A stretch of DNA of 64,000 nt from an uncultured bacterium (GCA_964543655.1 CAZIZE010000063.1:23020-87019), one strand, 5' to 3'. Shown: positions 38,566 through 50,075, numbered from the stretch's first letter. Numbers and translations: made by a program. The notes: a model not told the origin generated them from the sequence alone.

Positions 38566-39068
38566 AGCTTATTAACCCCTTTTTTTAGATGAAGTGGCTT
38601 TACAATAGATGTATCTTCTATAAATACTTTGCTCTTCTTTTCCACTATTTTATAGTATCCTCTTCTATCAAATCTATTTAAAGTTATAATAGCAGGTGAT
38701 ATGTGAGATAGATAAGATAGAGATTTTCTAAAAATTTTCATTGCATGTATATGAGAAATATTGTCATCATCAAGCAGGGTAGTAAAACCCAGTAGTATAA
38801 ATAGAAAATTTTTACCTGTTTTTTTGAAAAAGAGAATTTTCTCTATAAGTTTTAACATTTGAAATGGTGTGAAAGCTCGGGCAATAAATATATTTTCAAG
38901 AATGGTGTATGGTGTAATTTTCATTGCTACACAGATATTTGATATAAGGTATGGGTCAAATTTGTTTGCAGCATCAACAACAATGATATTGGAATTATCT
39001 CTGAAAATAGCCCTGATATAGTACCAGATAAATTTGTGAATCCCTGAATTACCAGCAACTGCAATCAT
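38529..39068 (-). CDS. RecA-fold protein with a degenerate Walker A (ImuA/SulA-like)
   Basis: IAVAGNSGIHKF (degenerate P-loop) then IIVVDAANKFDPYLISNICVAMKI, which aligns to RecA [21 protein letters not shown]. A later hydrophobic strand ends in DDD (FLFILLGFTTLLDDD), like RecA VIVVDSV. 179 aa, similar in size to SulA or ImuA. Confidence 0.5.
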   Translation of the reverse strand: MIAVAGNSGIHKFIWYYIRAIFRDNSNIIVVDAANKFDPYLISNICVAMKITPYTILENIFIARAFTPFQMLKLIEKILFFKKTGKNFLFILLGFTTLLDDDNISHIHAMKIFRKSLSYLSHISPAIITLNRFDRRGYYKIVEKKSKVFIEDTSIVKPLHLKKGVNKLWAGQLHLLHTY

Positions 39069-39682
39069 GATATTTTCCTTATTATCCCAACAACTTTACC
39101 TATTATTTTAACTTCATCAGGATTGATATTGTTAAGGATAATATCTTCATATTTATCATTTTCAGGATGAAGAATGATAAGGTTGTCCTTTTTTATAAAT
39201 CTCTTTAAAGTAATTTCATTGTAAATAGATGCAACAACAATGTCGTTATGCTCAACATTAGAATCAGTTGATACCACAGCAATATCTCCATCTTCAATAA
39301 GAGCATTTATCATTGAATCACCAATAACTTTAAACATAAAAATATTAGAAAATGGAAAAATTTTAGTATCAACAATGTAGTAATCTTCTGCAACTTCGTT
39401 AATATCAATTGGTGAACCAGCAGCTACATAAGATATAAGAGGAGCTTTTTTTATATTACTGGCTGGCTCTTCAATAGAAAGAGATATACCTCTGGAGATT
39501 TTTTTCTCTTTTTTTAAATATCCCTTTTTTTCTAAAATAGTAACATATTTGAAAGCATTTTTAGGTGCAATGCGAAAATGTTCAGCTATCTCTCTAATGG
39601 TAGGGGGCAGCCCCCTGTTATGTAAAAAATCTTTAATAAATAGATAGACTTCTTTTTCTTTTAATGTAATATTGGGTAACAT
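39065..39682 (-). CDS. lexA: LexA repressor
   Basis: N-terminal wHTH (LKEKEVYLFIKDFLHNRGLPPTIREIAEHFRIAPKNAFKYVTILEKKGYL), Ala-Gly cleavage site VAAGSP, catalytic Ser in VIGDSM and Lys in ITLKRF. Confidence 0.9.
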   Translation of the reverse strand: MLPNITLKEKEVYLFIKDFLHNRGLPPTIREIAEHFRIAPKNAFKYVTILEKKGYLKKEKKISRGISLSIEEPASNIKKAPLISYVAAGSPIDINEVAEDYYIVDTKIFPFSNIFMFKVIGDSMINALIEDGDIAVVSTDSNVEHNDIVVASIYNEITLKRFIKKDNLIILHPENDKYEDIILNNINPDEVKIIGKVVGIIRKIS

Positions 39683-39717
39683 ATGTTACCTATAGTTGAA
39701 AAAAATATTTTTGTCAA
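39675..39717 (-). promoter_or_regulatory. Candidate lexA promoter/operator: imperfect 22-bp inverted repeat TTGACAAAAAT|ATTTTTTTCAA containing a consensus -35 TTGACA, plus a perfect 16-bp palindrome GGTAACATATGTTACC spanning the lexA start codon
   Basis: In lexA sense: TTGACA-N17-TATAGG then AGGTAACAT-ATG. The 22-bp inverted repeat at 39696-39717 matches at 10 of 11 positions per arm. Confidence 0.4.
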
Positions 39718-39797
39718 GTTTTTTATGAAAATTAGTTATTGTGTTTTAATTTTACTAATGCTAATGAAGTGCACATTTGAAATTTTATGGAGAAGAA

Positions 39798-41624
39798 ATG
39801 AAAAAACGTAATCAAAAAATTAGAAATATTGCAATAATTGCCCATGTTGATCATGGTAAAACTTACCTTGTTGATAGCTTGTTTAAATATTGTGGAATGT
39901 TTAGAGAAAATCAGAATGTTGAAGATAGGGTTCTTGATAATATGGAGCTTGAAAAGGAGCGTGGTATTACAATAGCAGCAAAGAATTGCTCAATTTTCTG
40001 GAGAAATGTAAAGATAAATATAATTGATACTCCTGGGCATGCTGATTTTGGCGGAGAAGTGGAGAGAGCACTTTCAATGGCTGATGGAGCTATTTTACTT
40101 GTTGATGCGTCTGAGGGACCAATGCCCCAAACAAGATTTGTGCTGCAAAAGGCACTATCTTCAGGTTTAAAAATTATAGTGGTTATAAACAAAATAGATA
40201 GAAGTGATGCAAGACCAGATGAAGTTCTGGATGAAATTTATGAGCTTTTTTTTGATCTTGACGCAAGTGATGAGCAGATAGATTTTCCTTTGTTGTATGC
40301 AATTGGCAGGGAAGGTATAGTAAAAAGAGAGCTTGAGCATGAAAATGGTGATATGGGAATTTTACTTGATACAATTTTAAAGGAGATTGAAGGGCCTGAA
40401 TATATAGAAAATGAGCCGTTTCAAATGCTTGTATCTGATCTTGGATATTCTGAATATCTTGGACGGCTTGCTATTGGAAAGGTATTTAATGGAGAAGTAA
40501 AGCAGAATGATACATTAATATGCATAAATGAGAAAAATGAAAATATTCCTTTAAAAGTTACTAAAATACAATCTTATGTGGGTATGACTCTGAAAGATGC
40601 TGATGTTTCAGAGAGAGGAGATATAATAGTTATTTCAGGTATTGAAAATGTAAAAATAGGTGACACTATTTGCAGAGCAGACAATCCTAAACCTCTTAAA
40701 AGAATAAGGGTTGATGAGCCAACTGTTTCTATGAAATTTACCATTAATACCTCTCCTTTTGCTGGTATGGAAGGGAAATTTGTGCAGGCAACCAAAATTA
40801 AAGATAGGTTATTTAAAGAAACATTAAGGAATGTAGCTATTAAATTGGAAGAAACTGATGATAAAGACACTTTTATTGTAAAAGGTAGAGGAGAATTTCA
40901 GCTTGCAATTATTATTGAAACAATGAGACGAGAAGGATTTGAATTTAGCGTTGGTAGACCTGAAGTTATTTTTAAAAAAGAAAATGGCAAACTACTTGAG
41001 CCAATGGAGCATGTTTATATAGATTGTAATGAATCTTTCATGGGTGTTGTTACAGAGAAACTTTCCATTAGAAAGGGGAGAATGGTAAATATGGTTAATA
41101 AAGGCAGTGGCAGAGTTAGAATTGAGTTTACTATTCCTTCCAGAGGATTAATAGGTTACAGAGATGAGTTTTTATCAGATACCAAAGGGACAGGTATTTT
41201 AAATTCATTTTTTGAAGGTTATGACGAATATAGAGGTGATTTTCCATCAAGGTTCACTGGCTCTCTTGTTTCAGATAGAAAAGGTAAAGCTGTTGCGTAT
41301 GCGCTTTTTCATCTTGAGCCAAGAGGACGGTTATTTATTACACCAGGAAAAGAGGTTTATGAAGGTATGGTAATTGGTGAAAATAATAAAGCAATGGATC
41401 TTGATGTAAATCCATGTAAAGAGAAAAAATTGACAAATTTAAGAGCAGCAGGGAAGGATGAAAATATAATTTTAAAACCAGTTCTTCCTTTAACTCTGGA
41501 ACAAGCCATTCATTTTATTGCAGATGATGAATTAATAGAGGTTACACCTAAATCTATTAGAATAAGAAAAGAGATTCTTTCAGCACAAAAAAGGAGAAAT
41601 ATAAAGAGCAGGAAAAGTAGTTAA
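39798..41624 (+). CDS. typA: Translational GTPase TypA/BipA
   Basis: IRNIAIIAHVDHGKTYLVDSL, DTPGHADF, NKIDR G-motifs and EF-G-like domains; start set at the ATG after GGAGA rather than the TTG at 39777. Confidence 0.95.
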   Translation: MKKRNQKIRNIAIIAHVDHGKTYLVDSLFKYCGMFRENQNVEDRVLDNMELEKERGITIAAKNCSIFWRNVKINIIDTPGHADFGGEVERALSMADGAILLVDASEGPMPQTRFVLQKALSSGLKIIVVINKIDRSDARPDEVLDEIYELFFDLDASDEQIDFPLLYAIGREGIVKRELEHENGDMGILLDTILKEIEGPEYIENEPFQMLVSDLGYSEYLGRLAIGKVFNGEVKQNDTLICINEKNENIPLKVTKIQSYVGMTLKDADVSERGDIIVISGIENVKIGDTICRADNPKPLKRIRVDEPTVSMKFTINTSPFAGMEGKFVQATKIKDRLFKETLRNVAIKLEETDDKDTFIVKGRGEFQLAIIIETMRREGFEFSVGRPEVIFKKENGKLLEPMEHVYIDCNESFMGVVTEKLSIRKGRMVNMVNKGSGRVRIEFTIPSRGLIGYRDEFLSDTKGTGILNSFFEGYDEYRGDFPSRFTGSLVSDRKGKAVAYALFHLEPRGRLFITPGKEVYEGMVIGENNKAMDLDVNPCKEKKLTNLRAAGKDENIILKPVLPLTLEQAIHFIADDELIEVTPKSIRIRKEILSAQKRRNIKSRKSS

Positions 41625-41873
41625 ACAAAACCAAATTAAAGTAATATATAACGTTTTTTAAAAGGCTTTATATTTGCCAATAATATATTTTTCCACTTAA
41701 AATAATATCTATAATATTTTAAAAGCAAGGTTAGTTTTGTATTAAAATAAATTAATAAAAACTTAACCTACATACAATTGATTTTTTAATTTTTTAATGC
41801 TATATATAAGCTATTCTTGACTTTCAATAAATTATTTGTTATTTGTAATTAAAATTTTGAATATAGGTTCAGA

Positions 41874-42782
41874 ATGGGTAAGCTGAAAAATAGATACAAT
41901 ATAATGATATTTTCCACATCGACAGGCAAAAGCCACAATTGGGAAGTATCAGCAACTCTTATAAAATTTTTTATTTTCTCTTTTATAATTCTTTTAATTA
42001 TTTCTGGTTTTTCAATATACCACTATTTAGAATATGGTTCAAATAAGAAGCAGTTAGTTGCTCTTAAAAAGAAAAATCAAATTTTATCACAGAAAATAGG
42101 AGAGTTTAACAAGGAAATAAATACCTTAAAAGCCAAAGTTGACAAACTTAACAACCTTGGAACCAAGCTTAGAGTAATGGCAAGGTTAGATATACCTGAG
42201 AAAAAAGTTGAAGGTGTTGGGGGACCTTCTTTTGATGATGTTAAAAACTTTATTAATGAAAATAATTTTGAAGATCAGAATATTAAAAAGCTTCACTATG
42301 TTCTTGATAAATTAAATTTTGAGCTAAAGCAGGAAGAGAATAATATTAAACAGCTCTTCAAATATTATAAAGAGAACAATATAAAACTATCATGTACACC
42401 ATCAATCTGGCCTGCTCAAGGTTGGGTGTCATCACCATTTGGTTGGAGAAGAGATCCTTTTACCGGAAAGAGGAGATTTCATGAAGGACTTGACATTACC
42501 AATAGAGTTGGTACTCCTGTTGTTGCACCTGCTGATGGTATAGTGATATTTGCAGGTAGAAATGGAGGCTATGGTAATGTTATATATATTTCCCATGGAT
42601 TTGGTATTTCTACAAGATATGGCCATTTATACAAAATATTTGTTAAAGTTGGCCAGCATGTTCAGAGAGGAGATATTATAGGTGAAATAGGCAATACTGG
42701 CAGAAGCACTGGCCCTCATCTTCATTATGAGGTTAGGCTTAATAATAAACCAGTTAATCCAGTCAACTTTATCCTTGATTAA
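41874..42782 (+). CDS. M23 family metallopeptidase with N-terminal coiled coil (EnvC/LytM-like)
   Basis: HEGLDI...GTPVVAPADGIV...GHL...GNTGRSTGPHLHYEV M23 signature. Confidence 0.85.
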   Translation: MGKLKNRYNIMIFSTSTGKSHNWEVSATLIKFFIFSFIILLIISGFSIYHYLEYGSNKKQLVALKKKNQILSQKIGEFNKEINTLKAKVDKLNNLGTKLRVMARLDIPEKKVEGVGGPSFDDVKNFINENNFEDQNIKKLHYVLDKLNFELKQEENNIKQLFKYYKENNIKLSCTPSIWPAQGWVSSPFGWRRDPFTGKRRFHEGLDITNRVGTPVVAPADGIVIFAGRNGGYGNVIYISHGFGISTRYGHLYKIFVKVGQHVQRGDIIGEIGNTGRSTGPHLHYEVRLNNKPVNPVNFILD

Positions 42783-42861
42783 ACAATCCAGATTTTTCTT
42801 TTATTAAAATAATTTTTGTGTTATTTACATTTAAATTAAAGAATTTTTAAGGAGATTTTTA

Positions 42862-45558
42862 ATGTTAGGCTCTATATTTAAAAAGGTTTTTGGCTCAAAA
42901 AATGAACGGGAAATAAAAAAATTAAAACCTTATGTTGAAAAGATTAACAGTTTAGAAGAGAAGTATGAAAAGTATTCACAAGAACAGCTTAAAGAATTTA
43001 CTTTTAAATGGCTTGATTATTTTAAAAATAATAAATTTAAATCCCAAGAAAAGATAGAAAAAGTTCTTGATGAAATTCTTCCTGATGCTTTTGCAATAGT
43101 TAGAGAAGCCTCAAAGAGAACGTTGAAAATGAGACATTTTGACGTTCAGCTAATAGGTGGTATTGTATTGCATCAAGGTAAAATCGCTGAAATGAAGACA
43201 GGTGAAGGTAAAACTCTTGTTTCTACACTTTCTGCTTATCTTAATGCCCTTGTTGGAAGAGGTGTGCATATTGTTACTGTTAATGATTATCTTGCCAAGA
43301 GGGATTCAGAATGGATGGGTGTAATTTACCACTATCTTGGGATGGATGTTGGCACAATTGTTCATGATCTTGATGATAATGAGAGGAAGAAGGCTTATAA
43401 CTGCCATATTACATATGGTACTAATAATGAATTTGGTTTTGATTATTTAAGAGATAATATGAAATTTGATATAGAAGATTATGTTCAAAGAGAACATTAT
43501 TATGCAATTGTTGATGAAGTGGATAGTATTTTAATTGATGAAGCAAGGACTCCTCTGATAATTTCTGGCCCAACAGATGAGACAACTGATAAATATGTAA
43601 AGATTAATCAGGTAGTAAAATACCTTAATAGAGAAACTGATTTTACTGTTGATGAAAAGAGTAAAACTGTTAGTTTAACTGAAGAGGGAGTGGCTAAATT
43701 AGAAAAACTTTTAAATCAAGGTAATCTCTATGATCCTTCCAATATTGAAACTCTTCACCATATACATCAAGCTTTAAAAGCAAATGTCCTTTTTAAAAGG
43801 GATGTTGATTATGTTGTAAAAGATGGAGAGGTTTTAATAGTTGATGAATTTACAGGAAGGCTTATGCCTGGTAGACGGTATAGTGATGGTCTTCATCAGG
43901 CTCTTGAAGCAAAAGAGGGTGTTACTGTTGAGAAAGAGAATCAAACCCTTGCATCAATTACATTTCAAAATTACTTTAGAATGTACACCAAGTTAGCAGG
44001 AATGACAGGTACTGCTGATACAGAGGCTGTTGAATTTAATAAAATCTATGGTCTTGATGTTATTGTAATTCCTACAAATAAGCCAATGATCAGGAAAGAT
44101 TACAATGATGTAATATATAAAACTGAAAAAGAGAAATTTAAAGCTGTTATAGATGAGATTGTAGAATGTCACAAAAGAGGGCAACCAGTTTTAGTTGGTA
44201 CGATTTCAATTGAAAAATCAGAAATACTCAGTAAAATGCTTGCTAAAAGAGGGATAAAGCACAATGTTTTAAATGCAAAACATCATGAAAATGAAGCGTA
44301 CATAATAGCTCAAGCAGGTAGAAAAGGAGCTGTTACAATTTCTACAAATATGGCAGGTAGGGGTACTGACATTGTTCTTGGTGGTAATCCTGAGATGATG
44401 CTCAAAGAAGAGATGAAATTAAAAGGTAAAGAGTACACTCCTGAAGAGTATGAAAAGAGATTAAAAGAGTTACAAAAACAGTGTGAAAAGGAGAGAGAAG
44501 AGGTTTTAAAAGCAGGGGGACTTCATGTACTTGGAACAGAGAGACATGAAAGTAGAAGGATAGATAACCAGTTAAGAGGAAGGTCCGGTAGGCAGGGAGA
44601 CCCTGGTTCTTCAAGATTTTATGTTTCCCTTGAAGATGATTTAATGAGAATTTTTGGTGGAGAGAGAATTTCATCATTAATGGATAAACTTAAAATTCCA
44701 GAAGGTGAGCCTATTGAAAACAAGTTGATTACAAAATCCATTGAAAATGCCCAGAAAAAAGTTGAAGGTCACAATTTTGAAATAAGGAAGCAGTTACTTG
44801 AATATGATGATGTTATGAATAAGCAGAGAGAGACAATATATTCTCTTAGAAAAGATATTCTCACAGAAGGAAATCTGAAAGAATTAATGTCAGAATTTAT
44901 AGAGGAATATTTTGATTCTGTTTTCTACAAATATATTGATGAAAAGATTAATCCAGAAGAATGGGATTTTAAATCATTAATAAAAGAGTTAGAGTCTGAC
45001 CTTACAATAAAATTTAATATAGACTTTGACAAATTAGAAGATACACCAGTTCAGGAAATTAGAGAGAAACTTTTAAATATTATTTTCCAGGAGTATGAGA
45101 ATAGGGAGAAAACTTTTGGAGAAGAGTTAATCAGACATCTTGAAAAGTTGATTCTGCTTCATTCTCTTGATACTTTGTGGAAGGAGCATCTTCTTAACAT
45201 TGATTTGTTAAAAGAAGGGATTGGGCTTAGAGGATATGCCCAGCAAGACCCTGTTAGAGTATATCAGAAAGAGGCTTATGAGCTATTTTTAAATTTAATA
45301 GATAGTATAAAGATGACAGCTGTTAAAGATTTCTTTAGAATAAGAGTTGTCACAGAAGATGAGGTTAGCAAGCTTGAAGAAGAGACCAAAAAAGATCAAG
45401 AGTTTGTGCTTGTTGCAGGAGGAGAGGCTACTCAGCAAGAGGCAAAGAAAAAACCTCAGAAAAGAAAATTTAAAAAAGTAGGGAGAAATGATCCATGCCC
45501 ATGTGGTAGTGGGAAAAAATATAAGAAGTGTTGCTGGGCAAAGGATCATGCAAAATAA
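42862..45558 (+). CDS. secA: Preprotein translocase ATPase SecA
   Basis: Full-length SecA ([32 protein letters not shown]) with C-terminal zinc-binding [13 protein letters not shown]. Confidence 0.95.
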   Translation: MLGSIFKKVFGSKNEREIKKLKPYVEKINSLEEKYEKYSQEQLKEFTFKWLDYFKNNKFKSQEKIEKVLDEILPDAFAIVREASKRTLKMRHFDVQLIGGIVLHQGKIAEMKTGEGKTLVSTLSAYLNALVGRGVHIVTVNDYLAKRDSEWMGVIYHYLGMDVGTIVHDLDDNERKKAYNCHITYGTNNEFGFDYLRDNMKFDIEDYVQREHYYAIVDEVDSILIDEARTPLIISGPTDETTDKYVKINQVVKYLNRETDFTVDEKSKTVSLTEEGVAKLEKLLNQGNLYDPSNIETLHHIHQALKANVLFKRDVDYVVKDGEVLIVDEFTGRLMPGRRYSDGLHQALEAKEGVTVEKENQTLASITFQNYFRMYTKLAGMTGTADTEAVEFNKIYGLDVIVIPTNKPMIRKDYNDVIYKTEKEKFKAVIDEIVECHKRGQPVLVGTISIEKSEILSKMLAKRGIKHNVLNAKHHENEAYIIAQAGRKGAVTISTNMAGRGTDIVLGGNPEMMLKEEMKLKGKEYTPEEYEKRLKELQKQCEKEREEVLKAGGLHVLGTERHESRRIDNQLRGRSGRQGDPGSSRFYVSLEDDLMRIFGGERISSLMDKLKIPEGEPIENKLITKSIENAQKKVEGHNFEIRKQLLEYDDVMNKQRETIYSLRKDILTEGNLKELMSEFIEEYFDSVFYKYIDEKINPEEWDFKSLIKELESDLTIKFNIDFDKLEDTPVQEIREKLLNIIFQEYENREKTFGEELIRHLEKLILLHSLDTLWKEHLLNIDLLKEGIGLRGYAQQDPVRVYQKEAYELFLNLIDSIKMTAVKDFFRIRVVTEDEVSKLEEETKKDQEFVLVAGGEATQQEAKKKPQKRKFKKVGRNDPCPCGSGKKYKKCCWAKDHAK

Positions 45559-46549
45559 AATAGGTGTAGCCATTAGTGGTGGTATAGACAGCTTTTATGC
45601 ATTAAAGCAATCATTGTTGCATTATGAAAATATTACAGCTGTTTTCCTTAATTTTTTAGATAAAAAAGAGCAAATTAAGAAAGTTCGTCTTATTTCAGAG
45701 TATTTTAAAGTTCCTTTACAAATTTTTGATTGCAGAGAAGAATTTAAAAAAGAGGTTATTGATTATTTTACATCTGAATATTTAAAAGGCAGGACACCAA
45801 ATCCCTGTGTAATTTGTAATGAAAAATTTAAATTTCAGTATATTCTTAAATTCTTCCAAAAAGTTATTACAGGTCATTATGCATGTATAACCTTACATGG
45901 AAATAAATACTTTATTTCCAGAGGAATTGACAGAGCTAAAGAACAATCGTATTTTCTTGCAAGATTAAGCAAAGATATTCTTGAGAGAGTGGATTTTATC
46001 CTTGGTAAAAAAAGTAAAATAGATATAAAATCAGAGGTGGGTAAGGAATATGAACAATTTGGAGTTATCAAAGAAAGCCAGGAGATATGCTTTATTCCCA
46101 ATAATAATTATAAAAAGTTTTTGGAGAAATACGTTGGAGTAAAAGAGGCTGTAGGAGTAATAGTTAGCAAAAATGGTAAAAAATTAGGTTATCATAAAGG
46201 ATTTTTTAATTTTACAATAGGTCAGAGAAAAGGGTTAAATATAGCCATGGGAACACCATACTATGTTACAGGAATTGATGCGGAAAATAATATAGTATAT
46301 GCTGGACCTAAAGATGAAACATTTAACAAAGGATTTGAGATTGAAAATATTTTATGGTATGATGAACCTGATAAATATGAAAATATTAAAGTTAAGGTTA
46401 GATATAGAACCAGTGAAAAACTATGTAAAATCAACAATAACCAGATTTTTTTTATAGAAGATGAGCAGTCAGTTACCCCAGGCCAATTAGCAGTTTTTTA
46501 TTGGAAAAATATAGTGATAGGGAGTGGATGGATAAATGCAGTATTATAA
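45548..46549 (+). CDS. mnmA: tRNA-specific 2-thiouridylase MnmA
   Basis: PP-loop [19 protein letters not shown] catalytic cysteine regions; start at the ATG overlapping the secA stop. Confidence 0.8.
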   Translation: MQNKIGVAISGGIDSFYALKQSLLHYENITAVFLNFLDKKEQIKKVRLISEYFKVPLQIFDCREEFKKEVIDYFTSEYLKGRTPNPCVICNEKFKFQYILKFFQKVITGHYACITLHGNKYFISRGIDRAKEQSYFLARLSKDILERVDFILGKKSKIDIKSEVGKEYEQFGVIKESQEICFIPNNNYKKFLEKYVGVKEAVGVIVSKNGKKLGYHKGFFNFTIGQRKGLNIAMGTPYYVTGIDAENNIVYAGPKDETFNKGFEIENILWYDEPDKYENIKVKVRYRTSEKLCKINNNQIFFIEDEQSVTPGQLAVFYWKNIVIGSGWINAVL

Positions 46550-47438
46550 GAATAATATTCTTGAAGCAATTGGAAATACACCTCTTGTAAAGATTAATAA
46601 GTTAAATCCATACAAAAATGTTAATATACTTGCCAAACTTGAAGGTTGCAACCCAGGTGGTAGTGTTAAAGATAGAACAGCTCTCTATTTAATAAAGAAA
46701 GCTATTGAAGATGGTACATTGACAAAGGATAAAATAATACTTGAACCTACAAGTGGCAATACAGGAATAGGTATTGCAATGGTTGGTGCGGTGCTTGAAT
46801 ATAAGACATTAATAGTGTTACCAGAAAGTGTCAGTGTTGAAAGAAGAAAAATTTTAAAAGCATTTGGTGCAGAAATAGTGCTTTCTCCAGCTGACAAAGG
46901 AACAGATGGTGCAATTGATGTTGCAAAAGAAATTTTCAATAGTGACCCAGAAAAGTATATAATGCTTGACCAATTCAGCAATAAAAATAATATCCTTGCA
47001 CATTATGAAACCACAGGAAAAGAGATTATTGAGCAAACAGGTGGTAAAATAGATTACTTTGTAGCAGGTATTGGCACTTCAGGGACATTAATGGGAGCAG
47101 GTAAGAGATTAAAAGAGCACAATAAAGATATAAAAGTAATAGCTGTGGAGCCTATTCTCAATCATAAACAGCAAGGTTTAAAAAATTTAAAAGAAGCTCA
47201 TGTACCACCAATATTTGATATTAGAAGAGTTGATGAAATTGTTCAGATTAGTGATAATGAATCATTTAATTTAACTAAGGAGCTTGCAAGAAAAGAGGGA
47301 ATTTTTGTTGGAATAAGCTCAGGGTCGGCTCTTGCTGGTGCATTGAAAATAGCTGAGAGAATAGAGCAGGGCACAATAGTAGTGGTTTTCCCAGATAGTG
47401 GATTTAAATATTTATCAACAGAGGGTTTATTTGAATAA
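46536..47438 (+). CDS. Cysteine synthase (O-acetylserine sulfhydrylase, CysK/CysM family)
   Basis: PLP-lysine motif [26 protein letters not shown]. Confidence 0.85.
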   Translation: MQYYKNNILEAIGNTPLVKINKLNPYKNVNILAKLEGCNPGGSVKDRTALYLIKKAIEDGTLTKDKIILEPTSGNTGIGIAMVGAVLEYKTLIVLPESVSVERRKILKAFGAEIVLSPADKGTDGAIDVAKEIFNSDPEKYIMLDQFSNKNNILAHYETTGKEIIEQTGGKIDYFVAGIGTSGTLMGAGKRLKEHNKDIKVIAVEPILNHKQQGLKNLKEAHVPPIFDIRRVDEIVQISDNESFNLTKELARKEGIFVGISSGSALAGALKIAERIEQGTIVVVFPDSGFKYLSTEGLFE

Positions 47439-48731
47439 GTGAGATTTTACGTTAAAACATTTGGATGTAAAGTTAATCAATTTGAATCTGAGTATTTTAT
47501 TAACAGCTTAATTAAAAAAGGTTTTAAATTAACGGATAGTGAAAAAGATAGCAATGTAGTTATTGTTAATAGCTGTGCGGTGACAAATGAAGCAGAGCGT
47601 CAGTTAAGGCAATATTTAAGAAAACTGAGAAGGAATTTTGAAAATATAAAAATAGTTTTAACTGGATGCGCAGTTGATTGCACAGAAAAATTTAATAAAG
47701 AGTTGTTTGATACAATAGTATCAAATTATTATAAACAGAACTTACCTTCCATTATTTCTGAAAATAGTAATTCTACATGGTTAGAATCTATATTTAATCA
47801 AAAAGAGTTTGTTGAGCTTAAAGCTGAAGAGAGTTTTCAACATACAAGAAAATTTTTTAAAATTCAGGATGGCTGTTCTAATTATTGCTCTTACTGTATT
47901 ATCCCATATGTTAGAGGTGTTCCAAGGAGCTTACCTGAGGAAAAAGTTTTGGAAAATTTAATTTATTTTTCAGAGAAATTCAGAGAGGTTGTTTTAACAG
48001 GGATTAATGTGGAGATGTATGGGAAAGATTTAGGAATTAGAAATGGTTTTTTAAAGCTTATGGAAAGTATTGAAAAGGAATTGGATAAAAGAGGAGTTAA
48101 AGATTTTAGACTGAGGGTAACATCGTTAAAACCTGATAAAGTTTTATACAATTATGTGGATTTTGTTGCAGAGTCTAAATATTTTGCACCTCATTTTCAT
48201 ATTTCTGTTCAAAACTTTAATAATAAAGTTTTAAAATTAATGAACAGGAATTATACATCAGAAGATATTTTTAATATTGTTGCTAAAATTAGGGAAAAGA
48301 TTGCAAATGCTGGTATTGGTGCTGATATGATTACAGGGTTTATTGGTGAAGGAGAAATGGAATTTGAAGATAATTTGAAAAAAATAGGAGAGATTGATAT
48401 AAACTTTTTCCATATATTCCCTTTTAGCAGGAGAAACAGAACAAAAGCTGAAAAATTAAATGAAACTTGTGACAATAAAGAAAAGAAAAGGCGGGTGAAA
48501 ATTCTAAAAAAAATAACAGATAGAAAAAAAGAGGAGTTTATAAAGAGAAACCTTTTTAGAAAATTTAGTGTGCTCGTTGAAAAAGAGGAAGATGGTTATT
48601 TTACTGGCTATAGTGAAAATTATATAAAAATTTTCATACAAAGAAAAAATCATTTTACATTGAAAAATAAATTTGTTAATGTTTATGGAAAGAAAATTAA
48701 AGATAGATTTTTTATTGAAGCTGAACTATAG
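47439..48731 (+). CDS. MiaB-like radical SAM methylthiotransferase (MtaB/RimO/MiaB family)
   Basis: N-terminal MTTase domain with three Cys (FGCKVNQ...NSCAV...TGCAV), radical SAM CSNYCSYC, C-terminal TRAM-like region. Confidence 0.8.
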   Translation: MRFYVKTFGCKVNQFESEYFINSLIKKGFKLTDSEKDSNVVIVNSCAVTNEAERQLRQYLRKLRRNFENIKIVLTGCAVDCTEKFNKELFDTIVSNYYKQNLPSIISENSNSTWLESIFNQKEFVELKAEESFQHTRKFFKIQDGCSNYCSYCIIPYVRGVPRSLPEEKVLENLIYFSEKFREVVLTGINVEMYGKDLGIRNGFLKLMESIEKELDKRGVKDFRLRVTSLKPDKVLYNYVDFVAESKYFAPHFHISVQNFNNKVLKLMNRNYTSEDIFNIVAKIREKIANAGIGADMITGFIGEGEMEFEDNLKKIGEIDINFFHIFPFSRRNRTKAEKLNETCDNKEKKRRVKILKKITDRKKEEFIKRNLFRKFSVLVEKEEDGYFTGYSENYIKIFIQRKNHFTLKNKFVNVYGKKIKDRFFIEAEL

Positions 48732-48776
48732 ATTAGAGTGCTAAAATTATATGCAAATAAATTAAAGGAGGAGATA

Positions 48777-48971
48777 ATGATTACCAAAGATATGTCAATT
48801 ACAGAAATTGTTCAAAAGTATCCACAGTTAATTGAAGTTTTTCAAAGCTTTGGGTTAGGTTGACTTGGTTGCATTGCAGCTACTTTTGAGACACTTGAGC
48901 AGGGTGCTCAAGCACACGGACTTGATGTAAATGAATTAGTTGATAAATTAAACCAGAAATTGAGTGAGTAG
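48777..48971 (+). CDS. Candidate selenoprotein: DUF1858 / hybrid-cluster-protein-associated redox-disulfide family, with in-frame UGA (48861-48863) at the first Cys of CxxC
   Basis: SD AAAGGAGGAG 6 nt before the ATG. Reads MITKDMSITEIVQKYPQLIEVFQSFGLG-U-LGCIAATFETLEQGAQAHGLDVNELVDKLNQKLSE and is family-like only if TGA is read through. Perfect 8-bp hairpin CTTGAGCA-GGG-TGCTCAAG at 48894-48912, 31 nt after the UGA. Confidence 0.5.

Positions 48972-50074
<1,103 letters not shown>

Positions 50075-50075
<1 letters not shown>

Noticed and set aside
35713-39717. PolB next to a tRNA gene with nearby direct repeats: is this a pipolin-like or integrative mobile element?
   Set aside because: No integrase or recombinase in or near the cassette. 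The tRNA 3' end points away from the polB operon. The 32-nt direct repeats do not contain any part of the tRNA sequence, and I found no partial tRNA copy at the far (lexA/typA) boundary. The flanking genes (typA, the CheY module) look like core genome.
39777-39797. Extended N-terminus of TypA (MKFYGEE...) from the ORF track
   Set aside because: It begins at a TTG. The downstream ATG at 39798 has a GGAGA Shine-Dalgarno sequence and gives the canonical TypA N-terminus.
48861-48863. In-frame TGA in the 64-codon ORF read as Trp (genetic code 4) or as evidence that the ORF is not real
   Set aside because: TGA clearly terminates other well-supported genes here (for example the HEAT-repeat gene at 34593-34595), so this is not code 4. 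The strong Shine-Dalgarno sequence and family-like sequence on both sides of the TGA argue against noise. Selenocysteine or a recent nonsense mutation remain the alternatives.
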